Below are positions 63,057 to 64,000 of a DNA stretch of 64,000 nt, piece after piece (the stretch's first letter is position 1; every line of letters starts with the position of its first letter). Source of the stretch: a virus. The stretch is taken from IMG/VR virus record IMGVR_UViG_3300009548_000002; one strand, written 5' to 3'. Both the position numbers and the translations under genes were made by a program. Below the pieces are notes generated by a model, which was given only the letters and a program-made list of their open reading frames with translations, was not told where the DNA came from and ran no database searches.

Positions 63057-63506
63057 TTAGAACCCCGGCCCCCACTCGCCCGGCGTGGCTCGGGCCGGCG
63101 GCGCGAGCGGCGTCACGCCTCCCGGGACGCAGTACGCGACGGGTCTCTGTCCCGGCGCGCAAGAGAAGCATTGCTGACCGTCAGCACCGACGAGGTGATG
63201 GCCGCCGCGTTCTTCCCCTCGGACGTAGAGTGCCGCGAGCCCGAGCGCGCCGAGCACGACGGCGCCCGTGAACTTCGGACTCTTCTTGAAGGACTCGAGC
63301 GCGACGTGGGCGATGCCGATGTTGCCCACGAAACGACAGCTCGCGGCCGTACCGATGTCGGCGAGCTTTCGCCGCTCGTCCGGCTGCGACGCTGCCCGCT
63401 CGTCGAAACGACGCGCCGCCATGTGTCCGAGGACGCCAACGCCGAACGAGAACCACGAAAGGTCTTTGGAGATCTTGTCATCCATCGCTGCCCGCTCCTT
63501 CGTCAT
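63057..63506 (-). CDS. Membrane-associated protein
   Basis: Start MTKERAAMDD; hydrophobic WFSFGVGVLGHMAA and AVVLGALGLAALYV. Confidence 0.4.
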   Translation of the reverse strand: MTKERAAMDDKISKDLSWFSFGVGVLGHMAARRFDERAASQPDERRKLADIGTAASCRFVGNIGIAHVALESFKKSPKFTGAVVLGALGLAALYVRGEERGGHHLVGADGQQCFSCAPGQRPVAYCVPGGVTPLAPPARATPGEWGPGF

Positions 63507-63847
63507 TCCCACCAGTAGCGAGTTCGATCCTCTTCCGCGCCTTCCCCGCGCTCGCGCCCAAATCCGAGGCGCTGGGCAACCGCGTCGCCGAAGCCGTTCA
63601 GCGCGGCCTGTCTTCTCGCGCACGGCGTGCACGGCTTCATGCCCACGGCCTTCGTCACGCGCGCGATCGCGTTGCCGATGGGCAAGCGCCCAGCAGTCGT
63701 CTCCTTCGCGAACCGCTGCGTCAGCTCCGCCGCGTAGGGCGGGGCAAGCTCGTAACGCGCGCCCCTGTCGTCGATGCCGTAGGCAGGGGAGGAATTCATC
63801 CCATACCCGTCGTCGAAGATCTGGCCGCCCGCGGAAACGTAATACAT
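63503..63847 (-). CDS. Hypothetical protein; ATG preceded by AAGGAGG ribosome-binding site
   Basis: Start MYYVSAGGQIFDDGY; strong Shine-Dalgarno read directly. Confidence 0.5.
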   Translation of the reverse strand: MYYVSAGGQIFDDGYGMNSSPAYGIDDRGARYELAPPYAAELTQRFAKETTAGRLPIGNAIARVTKAVGMKPCTPCARRQAALNGFGDAVAQRLGFGRERGEGAEEDRTRYWWE

Positions 63848-63852
63848 CGCTC

Positions 63853-64000
63853 TCACTCCTCCTTGGGCGGTTCGGGCGGCCCGGAAAACCCGCCCGACTT
63901 CACGCCGAACTTCACGCCCCAGAAAACGGGCCAAACCGAGCCGACGCCCGACGCGATGACGAGAAGCACGCTGAAGATGAGGGCGACGATCGCCGCGTCC
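63853..64000 (-). CDS. Partial membrane protein (C-terminal end only; N-terminus beyond the window)
   Basis: ...AAIVALIFSVLLVIASGVGSVWPVFWGVKFG...PPEPPKEE. Confidence 0.3.
   Translation of the reverse strand, partial: DAAIVALIFSVLLVIASGVGSVWPVFWGVKFGVKSGGFSGPPEPPKEE

Overview
This is a GC-rich window (G/C dominate third codon positions) packed with short genes in alternating co-directional blocks. Many start/stop codons overlap (ATGA, GTGA, TTGA). There are no rRNA genes, CRISPR arrays or obvious housekeeping operons. A tight cluster of three tRNA-like genes lies near 42.2-42.5 kb. The content looks like a large bacteriophage or phage-like mobile element from a high-GC bacterium. No terminase or portal is recognisable inside the window, so the phage call is an inference.

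Recognisable products:
- An RNA repair set: RtcB RNA ligase (10.8-12.3 kb), an ATP-dependent RNA/DNA-ligase-family enzyme (49.3-50.1 kb), a calcineurin-like metallophosphoesterase (4.5-5.2 kb) and two PTH2-type peptidyl-tRNA hydrolase homologues (24.0-24.5 kb and 41.97-42.2 kb).
- The tRNA cluster, whose anticodon regions appear enlarged by 2, 10 and 23 nt.
- A SpoT/Mesh1-like HD-domain hydrolase (22.1-22.6 kb).
- A divergent adenylosuccinate-synthetase (PurA/PurZ-like) enzyme (32.0-33.4 kb).
- A J-domain fused to a protein-kinase-like domain (28.1-29.3 kb).
- A vWA protein, a histone-deacetylase-family enzyme (45.1-46.0 kb), a lysine-rich H1-like protein, a HerA/FtsK-type P-loop ATPase with two C-terminal winged-helix repeats (15.3-17.1 kb), a SEC-C-motif protein and a serine recombinase (47.2-48.2 kb).
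- A 711-residue protein built from about thirty 17-residue repeats with a C-terminal membrane anchor (56.2-58.4 kb), followed by T/N/G-rich probable fibre or structural proteins and a CHAP-like peptidase (58.4-63.2 kb).
- At least fifteen small CxxC zinc-ribbon proteins.

Non-coding features: a recurring sigma70-like promoter motif, a cluster of perfect palindromes (54.7-54.9 kb), a repeat-dense spacer (53.2-53.4 kb) and a 16-bp inverted repeat at the left edge.

Limits: coordinates I derived by hand may be off by 1-2 nt. Many antisense ORFs in the six-frame track are GC-driven artefacts; I chose between overlapping ORFs by third-position GC and by whether the protein looked protein-like.
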